A stretch of 63,197 nucleotides of DNA, the filler included, from Octopus bimaculoides (taxonomy: Eukaryota): the NCBI RefSeq assembly GCF_001194135.2. It is 7 parts of 7 records of this genome, joined end to end, with 100 filler letters (N's around TTAATTAATTAA, not from the genome) between each part and the next. Parts side by side here need not be neighbours in the genome. Positions count along the whole stretch, not along the records: positions 25,836 to 53,544 come from NC_068985.1; 6 more parts are not named here. The stretch is one strand, 5' to 3'. This document shows, piece after piece, positions 38,331 to 51,071 of the stretch. Positions within the stretch are counted from its first letter, which is position 1. Every line of letters begins with the position of its first letter. The notes under the pieces were generated by a model. The model worked only from the letters and a program-made list of their open reading frames with translations, was not told the DNA's origin and searched no databases. A program made the translations under genes and the position numbers.

Positions 38331-38852
38331 ATGCTTGAAATTTAGGATTGCAGAAAATGTTTTCAATGAAACTATATTTTTATTTTATATTCATACCAGA
38401 AATTATCTCCACTTTCCCATCTTTCTCTATTGTTAGCATTATCATCACTGTAGTCATCATGATTATCATCATCATCATCATCATCATCACAATGTCCTTG
38501 ACATCATAATTATCATCATAGTCATCATCATCATTCTAATCTTCATTACAGTAATCATCATCATTGTCATCATCAATACTATTTTGTTAGTAAGCTTCTT
38601 TATTCATTTTGTGACTAGTTGTTTGTTTTTGCTTCCAATATGTTTTTGAAAAATACTTAAAGCAAAACTCAAGTCTTTGAGGCAAAAGCATGATGAATAG
38701 AAACCCTTGAGAATCATAACATTTATAAGAACTTTTGAAAAAATTTTTTTGTTGTCTTTATTCCCCTTCTTTGTGCACAGAAAATTTACCCAATCTTTTG
38801 AGTGTGTGTGCATATGCATATATATAATCATCACCATTTAACATCTATTTAC

Positions 38853-38890
<38 letters not shown>

Positions 38891-39158
38891 TATATATACA
38901 TAAATATATATATATATATACACACATATGCATATTTGTATGTATAAATGTAACGATGATGATATATATTATATATATGTGTATGTTTACATATGTATGT
39001 ATGTGTGTATGTATGTATTATATGTATATATATATATACACATACATATGCATATTTGTATGTATAGATGTAACAATGATGATGATATATATTATATATA
39101 TGTGTGTGTGTTTACATATGTGTGTATACACATACACACACATAGATACATATGTATG

Positions 39159-39189
<31 letters not shown>

Positions 39190-39539
39190 TAATTTAACCA
39201 TTGTTGAATTTCCATGATACATCTTAAGTTTTATAAGACTTTTCTATCATATTAAAAGACTGATCCTTCTCATCTCTGAATCAACAACAGCAATTCATCT
39301 TGTCTTGATAAATACTTCCAGTTTTGCAGTTTATTCTGCTCTCTTTTATTACATTTCATTTTATTTTATAGATTTCTTTCTAAACATTTAAAAATTCTTC
39401 CTTAACTTTTATTTAACATCATCATATCAACATAATTCAGACTTGAAGTATCATATGCTTTTATTTGGTGAAAAAGAAAATGACAATGTGATTAAGTCTT
39501 TGAAAATTTCAACTTCTTTTGTTTGTCTACTCATTTATC

Positions 39540-39615
<76 letters not shown>

Positions 39616-40589
39616 GTAATATCTGTGTCTTCAATAACATTATAAGTTTTTGCACAAATTTTTATTCTTTGTTACTTTTTATCTTTAGTTTTCCTCTTCT
39701 CATTGTAAGTCATATTAATCCTTTTCTTAACTTCAATTTAATATAAATTATATTTTCAACATGTTTTTTTTTTAATATATTAATCAGTCAATCAATATTT
39801 ATTTTAAGCAATAATATGACAGAATTATTAGAGTTGAAAATTTAAAATCATTTTCAAATATTTAGTTTTATCTCTAAAATTCTACCTACTTCTGAAATTG
39901 ACTTCAATTTTCACTCCTCTGGGTATCAGCATTTGCCTTTTCATCTCTTTGGCACAAATAAAATAAATGCTAATTACAAACTAGAGTAGTTGAATCGACC
40001 AACTAACCTCAAGTGTTACAATTCTCCAGCCTCATGCTGAATTAATATTTTTAGAAACTAATATCTAATTCCACTCTTAGCATTTTGGGGTCATATCCTA
40101 TTATAGACATCTTTGCATTAATATAATTTCTAGCAATGTACTGGGGTTAATTCAATTAACTGTACCAATTTGCTCATCAATACATATCAATATTAGGTTG
40201 CATTGATCAGATTTGAGGTCAGATACTTTGAATGAACAAAGTTGGGTAGCCTCTGTCAACTCTGCTATGAATATTTTGCAAGGTACACACAGTTGGATAA
40301 GATTGCATGGAGTTTTAGATATGAGAAGTACTGACAGTTCAAGCAAAGCCCCCATGTGTGTGTGTGTGTCCTCCTGCTTTTCCTTTCTGATAAAAGTCAT
40401 TGCTCATCAGTATTTTCATCTCTCTGCAGCATGCAAACTTCCCCAAATTTTCAGACTTTGTTAACAGATTTTTTGCTGTCATTAGCCACTTCTAGTTTCT
40501 TCTGGTTTGGAATACTCTAAACAAGGTTTGTTGTTAGCTAACTTCTATCTACAATACCAAAGTAAAGATATTAATATTTCAACCAAGTG

Positions 40590-40800
40590 AGGTGGCAAAC
40601 TGGCTGAATCTTCACCATGCCAGGCAAATGCTTAGCAGCATTTCATTTGTTTTTACCTTCTGAGCCCAAATTCCGCTGAGGTTGACTTTACTTTTCATCC
40701 TTTTGGGGTCACTAATATAAGTACCAGTTGAGCACTGCAGTTAATGTAATCAACTTACCCTCTCCCCCAAACTTGCTGGCCTTGTGCCAAAATTTGAAAC
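40590..40800 (+). mobile_element. Family A SINE
   Basis: GAGGTGGCAAACTGGCTGAATC..AAATTCCGCTGAGGTTGACTTT..GGCCTTGTGCCAAAATTTGAAAC. Confidence 0.85.
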
Positions 40801-41876
40801 AAATCTTTCAACCAAGCCTTGATGTTTTGAGGTAGTCTCTATCAGCTTTACTAAGGTAAAGCTATGCAATGGAAGTATCCGATTGAATGCTTCAACATGA
40901 CAAGGGTGTTAGTTTACTCTTAGAGGAGCTATGCTTTCAAATATTGAAGGCCAAAATATATACTAGTTCATTCAAACATGAACTGTATGAATGTGGTAGT
41001 CATGATAAGTGCTCAGATTAACTGTTATTCCATCTGATAATTTATTCTATATCAATCATTCTAATTTGTTGTTTTGGTCCAGGTCTTCTATTACTGAGCA
41101 GACTTATGGCCAAAAGCTTTCCTGTTGTCCTTCTTCCTTTTTTTTTTTTTTTAGACATATTATTTATATACAAGACTGTATTGTTGGCTGTGTATTTCTT
41201 TTTCGAAGATGGTACCGCATGATTTAAGAAAACTATAACTGCTTCCCAAACCATATAGGGACCCCCCTCATTAGCTTTTATTGCTGATGTTATTGCCCTC
41301 TGTTTATCCCTGATCAAAGAGATATTGTACTCCAAGGGGTTCCATCCATGATTATCTCATCATTTCACTTTCAAAAACATCATATAGAAGTCTATATCAT
41401 GTTTTCTACCTTTTGATTCTGGATGTGATATGGTGGTCAGGTGAGATTTGCAGGAAATATCACTGCTATTTCTAGAAAGCAAAACAATGTTATAGAGGTT
41501 CCTTCATTAGTTCATAACCCAGAGTCATAGTGGCATATGTTTTTCAAATACATAATCATGGAATGTTTACTAAAACTTAAGACATTTCTTTTCTCTAGAA
41601 TTGAACATATGACCTGTGAATTCACAAAGTACACTCCACCTACACAGAGAGTCTACTTCTGAAAACAAGTTGAGAAATGCCTGCCTTAATAGATCTCAAA
41701 TGATTCAGTGTTTAGTAATGGGTGATATGATTTATTGGGCTAATCTGCTTTGTTTGACAGTAATCTTTATAAATTGCTCCCAAATCATTGAACCAAACCA
41801 TTGTTTGCAGCATAGCCATTACCAGTTGCAATTTTAATGTATTCTTGTCTTTATTCTCTTATTCTTCTGTCCAAAG

Positions 41877-41918
41877 AAAACTTCATCCAACCTTTCCCAT
41901 CACTTGCAGGTTAAGGAG
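41877..41918 (+). other. Candidate exon with nested splice sites (42, 33 or 9 nt)
   Basis: Acceptors TTATTCTTCTGTCCAAAG|41877 and CCCATCACTTGCAG|41910; donors after 41909 (GTTAAG) and 41918 (GTAGAT); every combination is a multiple of 3. Donors are weak. Confidence 0.35.
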
Positions 41919-42640
41919 GTAGATAGTAGTAGTTTTGTTGCTTTTTTTGTTTTTATTTCTGTTTATCTCTTTTCAGTTTTTTTTTCTCTTGTGAAATTTT
42001 CTTATAACAATCAGAATAAGTAATGGTAGAATAAAGTAGAAGTTTTTTTTTTCCTTTCTTTGTACAAAACTAAACATCACTTTGTGATAATCAAACCCAT
42101 TTTGACTTATAATTTTTTATTATTTTTTTTTTATATTTTCACCTCTTTTTGAAACTGTTTCAAGCATCCTGTTTTTCATTCTGATGTAATTGCAATGGAT
42201 AGCTTAAAAGAAGTTCGATATGTGCACATTGTTTCGTGTAGCCAGTGTCTGATTTTGATTGATTGGTTAATTTCTATCAGTGATTACTCAGCTATAAAGT
42301 GGATAGGTCAACAGCATGTTGGACAAGTGTCTTTTACCATATATTTGGGCTGACCTGAGTCTTATGAATGGAATTAGTTTAAAGGGAAACTATGCAGAAG
42401 TTTGTCAGATGGACTGTAACTATTTTGTTCTTCTTTGATAAACATATCTATCACATGCCTTAACAATACCACTTGATCCTTGGTGCATTTACTAGAGTCT
42501 ACTGTGTTGCAAGCATCTGACCCACCAGATTTTGGATATGCTGCACCAGAGTATAAGTTGTAGTTTTTTCTCTGCTACTCTGTTGTTGGCTCTGCAAAAA
42601 AAAAAAAAAAGCTCTTGGTTGCTACCTTTCTCCTTTGCAG

Positions 42641-42643
42641 AAG
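42641..42643 (+). other. Candidate 3-nt microexon (AAG)
   Basis: TTGCTACCTTTCTCCTTTGCAG|AAG|GTATGA with several TGC motifs in the upstream 80 nt. Confidence 0.5.
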
Positions 42644-42779
42644 GTATGAAAAGTTATTATAGAATGGAAAGAATTTGTAGTATAAATAACGAATATAATT
42701 AACAAAATGATATTCAAGAAAATATTATGTAATTACACTTTATTTAACACATAACTTACCAAAAGTATTTCTTATCTTT

Positions 42780-43510
42780 TATTTGTTTTGGGATTGAAAC
42801 GGCAGCTATGATGAGGTATTGCCTTAAAGAATTTTTTAGTCAAATGAATCAATGCAAGTACTTTTTTTTAAGCCCGGTACTTATTCTGTTGATTCCCTTC
42901 ATCAAAATGCTAAGTCATGGGGATGTGAATACATCTACACCATTTGTCAAATGGTGGTGGGAGACAAACACAGGCACATAGTCACACACGCACACACACA
43001 TATGTATACATTTGGTTTCTTTCAGTTTCTGTCTACCAAATCAACTCACAAGGCTTTGGTTGTCCTAAGGCTATAGTAGAATACACATGCCCAAAGTGTT
43101 ATGCAGTGGGACAGAACCCAGAACCATGTGGTTGGGAAACAAGCTTCTTGCCACACCTGCACCTATATAATATGTTCATTATTCTTTTGTTCTTTTACTT
43201 GTTTCAGTCATTTTGACTGCGGCCATGCTGGAGCACCACCATCTAGTCAAAGTAATCAATCTTAAGACTTTTCTTTGTTAGCCTGCTACTTATTCTATTG
43301 ATATTTTTTACTGAACCGCTCAGTTATGGGGATGTAAACACACCAACATCAGTTGTCAAGCAATGGTGGGGGAGAGAAACATACTATATAAGTGCAGGTG
43401 TGGCTGTGTGGTAAGAGGCTTGCTTCCCAACCACATGGTTCTGAGTTCAATCCCACTGCATAGCACTTTGGGCAAGTAAATTCTACTCCTGCCTTGAGAC
43501 GACCAAAGCA
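42780..43510. mobile_element. Cluster: B+C SINE (-, about 42780-43168), C tail (-, about 43185-43380), B head (+, about 43393-43508)
   Basis: Family motifs in both orientations; the B(-) and B(+) heads form an inverted pair. Confidence 0.8.
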
Positions 43511-43832
43511 GTATATGAAGAAAAGAACTACCTTCTGAATGGTATTTGTATATATCGGACTGCACTGTCTAAAACACTCTTTTCTAATTTAAGACAGTAG
43601 GATGTAATTTGAGGAAAATTTGATTGCTATTTCTAGCAGTCTGAAAGACTATGTAAAGTTCACTCATTGACTCAAAATAAACATGGTTGTTGTAGTTTAA
43701 CCCCCAGATTAACTCTGATCAAACAAATATTTGTGGGGTGCATTCTAGTCATAGTCATCTTATATTTTGTAAATTTGGAAGACAGACAGATTTGATTTGA
43801 AAGATTTTGCTACTGTTTCTAACGATTACAAA

Positions 43833-44012
43833 TAAGTTCACTGCCATCAATTCACCATGAGGAAAGTTCACCACGAGAAAAGTTTACCGTGAAAATATAT
43901 CTTTAGTATCTCATCATTAATAGTTAAAAACTATTTTATTGAATACATGATGGGGAATTGATAACAGTGAACTTTCCCTGTAGTGAATTGATGATGGAGA
44001 ACTTACTGGACA
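43833..44012. mobile_element. Family F TIR MITE, uninterrupted
   Basis: TAAGTTCACTGCCATCAATTCAC ... GTGAATTGATGATGGAGAACTTA. Confidence 0.75.
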
Positions 44013-44223
44013 CAGTTTCTAACAGTGCTAGTGAGAGCTTCCTTGTTGGCAAAAACCAACATACATTGGTGTCATGTTACTTGTTGGACAAGCATTGAGA
44101 TCACATAACTTGTTAGGTAGTTATATAGGTAAAAACATCTTTCTTACTCTCTGTCTTTCTCTTTCTCTTTTCTTATCTGTCTGTCTATCTAGGTAACTGT
44201 CTAACATTTTCTATTTCTTTCAG

Positions 44224-44235
44224 AGAATGGTTGGT
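44224..44235 (+). other. Candidate 12-nt microexon (AGAATGGTTGGT)
   Basis: Branch-point-like CTAAC at 44201, tract ATTTTCTATTTCTTTCAG, donor GTAAGA. Confidence 0.45.
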
Positions 44236-44447
44236 GTAAGAGGCCTTGTGAGATATGTCATTTAGGGAGAATGTGATAGATAGTGAATGTGACAAGTAGA
44301 GTTTCAGTTATATATATAGAAATACTTATATTAGCATCATAACTATAGGGATATGAGTGTGACTGTGTATGTACATGTATGTGCGTGCATGTGTGTGTGT
44401 GCATGTATATATATATGTATACGCACAAATGTGAGTATATTCCACCA

Positions 44448-44485
<38 letters not shown>

Positions 44486-44768
44486 TTGATTTTGAATCTG
44501 ATCTGAGTCACTGCTGTTTTGATTCTCTGATGAAAGCAAAGGTCATTTATGAGTGTCATAAAAGTTTGAACATCAGAATGATGTAGTCTTAGCAAATCAA
44601 TAACTGGTTTATGTAACAAATTTACAAAATCATTTTAAGGAGCGTAATGCAGAAGTATTTGTGTTCATATAAAACTGCACAAATTGATCTTAAATTTGAA
44701 ATGCACTGATATTTTTAATATTCTTTCATAATATTTAGAATTTGTTGCTTTTGTTTATGCATATTTGA

Positions 44769-44815
<47 letters not shown>

Positions 44816-44924
44816 ATACATGCATGCATGTGTATATGTATTTGTGTGTGTTGTATATATAGATACATGAGTATGTGTGCTTATATATGTGTGTGTGTGT
44901 GTGTATATACACACACACATGCAT

Positions 44925-45100
44925 AGGTGCAGGTATGGCTGTATGGTTAAGAATTCTGCTACCAAAACACCATGGCTTCAGGTTCAGTCCCACTGCATGA
45001 CACCTTGGTCAAGTCTCTTCTATTATAGCCCCAGGCTGACCAAAGGTGTTTGAGTAGATTTTAAGCTTGGTAGACAGAAACTGAAAGAAGCTCATCATGT
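44925..45100 (+). mobile_element. Family B SINE
   Basis: GGTGCAGGTATGGCTGTATGGTTAAG..GGTTCAGTCCCACTGCATGACACCTTGG..AAACTGAAAGAAGCTC. Confidence 0.8.
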
Positions 45101-45427
45101 GTGTGTATATAGATAGATAGATAAATAGATGAGTAATAATTTTCTATTCAGGTACACACCTTGTAGTATGCCGATCACATGGTTGTTTTATGGTTTTATT
45201 TAACAGTTTTTTATTATCAGTGTATAACATATTGTTTCATTTACTTATTTTCATATTATATTTTTTTTTTTTCGATTCTTGCTAAGTTATCTTACTACTT
45301 ATATGAGAAGAGTTCTACATTATGACCCAGTTCCTTGGGTAGACATGTAGCACACTACAACTACCAAAATGTAGTGTAATAGAAGTAAGTGAAATAGAGA
45401 TTAAAAAATGAGGAACCTTTTGACAAG

Positions 45428-45530
45428 TCACCTGAAGAGACATATTTGCACTTATGATGCACCACAACTGTTTGTACAGTATCTCACCTGCAAGGCACCT
45501 GTGCATGATGAGTCGAAACGATTGTAGTGA
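45428..45530 (+). ncRNA. Type I minimal hammerhead ribozyme with long stem II (Penelope/retrozyme-type)
   Basis: Stem I TCAC(45428-31)/GTGA(45527-30); core CTGAAGA (45432-38); stem II GAC..GTC with extended hairpin; GAAA (45515-18); short stem III AC-GATT-GT; cleavage triplet GTA (45524-26). Confidence 0.7.
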
Positions 45531-45597
45531 ATAATAAAAAGTCTTGTGAATTCTAATTTCTTTCTCTCTCTCTCACACACACACACGCACACATATA

Positions 45598-45975
45598 TAG
45601 GTGCAGGTGTAGCTGTGTGGTAAGAAGTTTGCTTCCCAACCATATGGTTCTGGGTTCAGTCCCACTGCATGGCACCCTGGGAAAGTGTCTTCTACTATAG
45701 CCTTGTGAGTGGATTGGGTAGATGGAAACTAAAAGAATCCTGTTGTATATATATATATGATATGTGTGTGTGTCTTGTCCCCCTATCATTTCTTGACAAC
45801 CAATGTTGGTGTGTTTATGTTCCCAGAAATTAGTGGTTCAGCAAAAGAGACTGATAGAATAAATACTAGGTTTTAAAAAATAAGTCCTGGGGTTGATTTG
45901 TTTGACTAAGACCCTTCAAAGTGGTGCTCCAGCAAGGCCACAGTCAAATGACTGAAACAAGTAAAAGAATAAAAG
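45598..45975 (+). mobile_element. Composite B+C SINE
   Basis: B head, (TA/TG)n linker, tail ..GTGGTGCTCCAGCAAGGCCACAGTCAAATGACTGAAACAAGTAAAAGAATAAAAG. Confidence 0.85.
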
Positions 45976-45998
45976 AATATATGATATATATATATATA

Positions 45999-46076
<78 letters not shown>

Positions 46077-46129
46077 TATATGAATATATGTATCTACTTG
46101 TATATGCGTGTGTGTGTGAATGTGTATTT

Positions 46130-46350
46130 GTGTCTCCATCTGTTGACATCATGTGATATTTGTAAATGCATGTCACTGCCATACTATGAATAGTATTCAA
46201 TTCCAATAATGTCTTACCAAGTGAAAATATTACGTTGCTTGGAAACAGGTGAGGGTTGGCAATAGGAAGGGTATCTGACTGTAGAATATATGCCTCACAA
46301 AACTCCATCCAACCCATGCAGGTATGGAAAAGCAGACATTAAACTCAGTT
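46130..46350 (+). mobile_element. SINE 3' module with RTE-like tail
   Basis: GACATCATGTGATATTTGTAAATG..TTGCTTGGAAACAGGTGAGGGTTGGCAATAGGAAGGGTATC..AACCCATGCAGGTATGGAAAAGCAGACATTAA. Confidence 0.7.
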
Positions 46351-46456
46351 TAATGTCTGCTGTTGGGTCCTGGAACATAGGCCCTGTTAAACTGATGAAG
46401 ATGATACATGTATATATATATGTGTGTGCGTGTGTATGTATCTATGTATGTGTATG

Positions 46457-46519
<63 letters not shown>

Positions 46520-47324
46520 TTCAATATATAAATGTTCCTTGTTCATATCATATACCTCAAGGAACATGACAGAAGTCATACATGTATAATATACATACAT
46601 TCACTCTCACACATTACATACATATATTATATATTCTCTTTACACACGTGTATCCAAATCCTGTCACTTTGCAATATTTTATAGAAACAATATACTAATA
46701 GTTGTCACGTACTGTAGTACTAGGTTGAATAAAGTGATATATTTTGTGCTATATGAATTGAATTCTCTGTATTCTCTCACTTGTAGATTCAAATACACAC
46801 ACACTAACTTCATATGTATGCACACAGCTTTGTGTTTGACTCTCATATGTGTTAATGTAATTATATAATAGAGGCTGAAGTAATAACACATTTACAAGTC
46901 TTGATAAGTTGTATATATATATCTGCAAACGTAACTTGTAAGCTGTGTAATGTTAGATTTAATTCTTCATTGCTTATCACCTCCATCAATGATGTGTTAT
47001 AATGAAAGACAAACTCTGCTCTTTATGTTAAATACTCTACTTAAATGAACAAAAGTACTGAGTAAATAAATCTTCTTGTAACCAGATTGCTTCAGGAATT
47101 TATATCTCATCTTTGTATTTCTTTTTACCACATCCATCTTTCCATCAACTATATTTCAAGCAAAAAATTTCCATTTCTTTTAAATTATCTGGTGTGTTGC
47201 TCTGAATATACTATGTGATTCATTGATAGCTATTCTTCATGTTTTCTGATAATTAGTTGTTGGTGTTATTGTTGTTGTCATGTGCTATGGCACTCATGAT
47301 CTATGACATTCCAGCCAAAATTAT

Positions 47325-47725
47325 TCTGCTGTGGCTGTATGGTAGGAGTTTATTTCCCAACCACATAGTTCCACGTTCAGTCTCATTATTTGGCAACTTG
47401 AGCAAGTGTCTTCTATTATAGCTCCTGAACTAGTCTTGTGAATGGATTTTGTCTTTAATCTTATCAATGGATTTGGTAGATACATAATCTGAAAGAAGCT
47501 CATCATGTGCATGTATATCTTTGTGTATGTCTCCTGCTTCCTTTTGACAACTGGTATTGATTTGCTTATGTCCGTGTAACTTAGCAGTTCAGCAAAAGGG
47601 GACAATAGAATAAGTACGAAGCTTAAAAAGAAATGAATACTAATGTTGGTCAACTATTTAAAAATAAAACCTTTGAGGCAGTGTTCCAGCATGGCTGCAG
47701 TCCATTGACTGAAGCAAGTACAAAA
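47325..47725 (+). mobile_element. Composite B+C SINE
   Basis: TGTGGCTGTATGGTAGGAGTTT.. head and ..GTGTTCCAGCATGGCTGCAGTCCATTGACTGAAGCAAGTA tail. Confidence 0.8.
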
Positions 47726-48140
47726 AAAAAAAAGAGATTGTATATCTTGAGTTACATAATTTAATCTGTCCCCTTTTTTTTCAAAGTGTTTTTAAAGTTA
47801 GAATGTAAGGTGTTATTCAAGGTTGCTATTTCTTGCAGGTTCCACATTCACATAAAACGTGATCCTTTGGCTCACAAATTCAGTTACTATCTTGTGGATT
47901 CATAAAGCTGAAAGTTATGATTGAATGGATAGTAAAGGAGACAGGAGTCTCATTTTATTCTTTTACCAAACATTGAAGCTTTATTTTCTTTTTATGACTT
48001 AATATTTAGGAGTAACTGTGTCCATACATAACCATAGCAGGCTCTCTGTTATTGATGAGAATAATACAGTTGATGCTTAGCTGCAGCATATATAAATCAG
48101 AAGTCTGCAGGAAAATCAGGGTTAAAAGTATAGTGAAGGC

Positions 48141-48525
48141 CAGTGGTTCTCTACCATCTTTATCCGTAGACCTCCTTTGATTACTGTTTTATTCTGGTGG
48201 ACCCCCATAGCCATTCGATGTTTAAAAACTAGTTTATAGTCACTTCTTTCAAAATTTCCATTTTGTTTTTCACATGTTCACTTGCGTAAGTTTGAAATAG
48301 CACTCTGAGAGAACATGTTTCATTGACCAGAAACATGTTAGACTATGTAAAACATTGGAGAAAGAAATGTACCTCTTTCCTGCAATAAATACATCTAAAG
48401 CAAAGTTTTTCATGAACCCTTAAAATATTACTGTGGATCCCCAATTTACTATTTTGCTCACATGGACCCTCAAAAGACTTATATGGAACACCAGGGGTCT
48501 CATGGACCCTGGTTGAGAATCACTG
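48141..48525. mobile_element. hAT MITE, same family as 26170, opposite orientation
   Basis: TIRs CAGTGGTTCTCTACC / GGTTGAGAATCACTG; internal TTTAAAAACTAGTTT shared. Confidence 0.8.
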
Positions 48526-49352
48526 GGGTAGGCAAACAGTGATGGCAATGCAAATAGGATAAGCACTGGAACTCTGACTATGAAGTCAGTGTCAAATATT
48601 TTCTGCATAAGAATAATGGTTTAGAATTATTCTTTATGGTCTAGTTCAAAACATCATAATTGTTGTACTGATTTTATCACCCTATTTCAAAATACAACAT
48701 GAATTACTTTGTGTTGAATATGCCACTTGTTCTGACTTTCATTCCCTCCTGGACAAAGATACAAGTCTATTCTAGAAAATAAATTATCTCAAAGTTGACA
48801 ATTTTGCTGCTGTTGTTTATCCTTTGATCAGCTTTAAATAACGAATAATGTCTATGACCAAAGGCGTTCCAGCTGTGAACATATCAAGCATTTTTGTATT
48901 TATATATATGTTTTTTTTTTCCATGACAACTTATCTTCGACTATATCATTTTATATATTCTTCTTCACCCCATCCTTTTATAGTAAATGCCATATAAGAG
49001 AAAATGTGGCTGCTATTTCTAACAAGTCAAGTGATTCTGTAGAACCTTACCCATTGGTTCATTTATAGTGAATTTTATAATAAATATGAGGAGTTAAACT
49101 TCACAAGTGAGCTGATACAACACTTCATTACTGTCTGTGACTGACAATAATTTTTCTATGAAATTTATTTTTATTGATCAAAAACTGTTGATTTAACTTG
49201 TATCTTTTTTATTTTTTGTATTGTTTTTGTTTTTAGATTTTAATTCACAAAGTTTCTTCACTCACTTTCTTCTCTCTATCTCTCGCTCTCCTCCCACCTC
49301 TAGTTGTTAAATTATTTCTCTTCATATATTTATTCATGTTTGTGTGTGTGCA

Positions 49353-49424
<72 letters not shown>

Positions 49425-49429
49425 GACTG

Positions 49430-49688
49430 GCTCCTGTGCAGGTGTTATGTAAAATACACCATTTTGAGCGTGGCCGTTGCCAGTACCGCCTGACTGGCCT
49501 TCATGCCGGTGGCACGTAAAAGCACTCACTACACTCTTGAAGTGGTTGGTGTTAGGAAGGGCATCCAGCTGTAGAAACTCTGCCAGATCAGATTGGAGCC
49601 TGGTGCAGCCATCTGGTTCACCAGTCCTCAGTCAAATCGTCCAACCCATGCTAGCATGGAAAGTGGACGTTAAACGATGATGATGATA
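49430..49688 (+). mobile_element. Family G retroposon 3' part ending in (GAT)n
   Basis: GGTGGCACGTAAAAGCAC..AGGAAGGGCATCCAGCTGTAGAAAC..AACCCATGCTAGCATGGAAAGTGGACGTTAAACGATGATGAT. Confidence 0.85.
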
Positions 49689-49690
49689 TT

Positions 49691-49728
<38 letters not shown>

Positions 49729-50357
49729 TGTATGTGTGTGTATATGTGTTTACATGTGTGTGTGTATAAATGTACCTATGTATGTGTGTGTACATGTCAG
49801 GCTCTTTCTTCCTGCCATTTCATCATATTGAACTTTTAATCCCTACACATTTTTTCTCTCTCCATATTTTTTTCTTCTCAATCCTTTCTGTAAAAGAGCA
49901 CAAATTCAGAACACCAATGACTTTTCCATTCTTCCCAAGCATCTAAACTAATATAGTTGTTGTTCTTTCACATGTTTTTGTCTTTTGTTTTCTGTAAATT
50001 TGAACTATATATAATAATATAAATAATATTAATATATATATGCGTATATACATATGTATATGTACATACTTACATCTATACGCATATATATATATATATA
50101 CATATATATATACATACATACATATGTGGGCACAGGACGTCACGAAACATGTACATGGAACATGAATTATTCTTTCAATCAATGAAAGACACAAATGGAA
50201 AACAAAACAAACAACATAAAGAATGATCCATCAGTTGTTGGCTGCTTTTCTAGTCTCGTATTTCGAGCATTTAACAACAATATACGCTTTTGATAAAACA
50301 GTTGCTCCCGCAAAGCAAATTAAATAAAATTTTGGATTTTGCAGAGGGTCAAAATTG

Positions 50358-50427
<70 letters not shown>

Positions 50428-50952
50428 ATACACAGATTCATATGTTAATATGTATGTTTTATCATTTAGCATCTACTTTTCCATACTTGTCTGGGTCAGA
50501 TGAAAATTGTTGAGGCTATTTTTTTACAAACAGATACCTTTCCTGTTTCAACTTCCTCCCCTCCTCCCATTTCCAAATAAGGTAATATTTCTCCATGGCC
50601 AGATATGGAAGGCTTGAAATGAGTAGAATTTTTGTTTGAGATTGGTACTCACTTGAGACTAATGAACAATGTCAAAACAAGAACATAACACACACACACA
50701 TACATATATACATATACAATAGACTTCATTCTGTTTCCATATACCAAGTGTACTTTGTGCATTGTTCATCTATGTGTGTGTGTGTGTGCATTTGACAGTT
50801 TTCTTTAAGGTCAAGTTGTGTAATGTTGATTGTGATTCATATATAAAGGTATCAATTAAGGGTTTTATGGACCGATTCACATTGATTTTATAAACACTTT
50901 CACATAAAATTTGTTGCAATCAGTTTATATACATCTGCACACACATATGCGT

Positions 50953-50995
<43 letters not shown>

Positions 50996-51071
50996 TGTAT
51001 TTGCTGTCATTTTACATTTTCTATAACATTTTTATATTTGAATTTCTGTTTTCCCTTTCACTGCTTACCAG

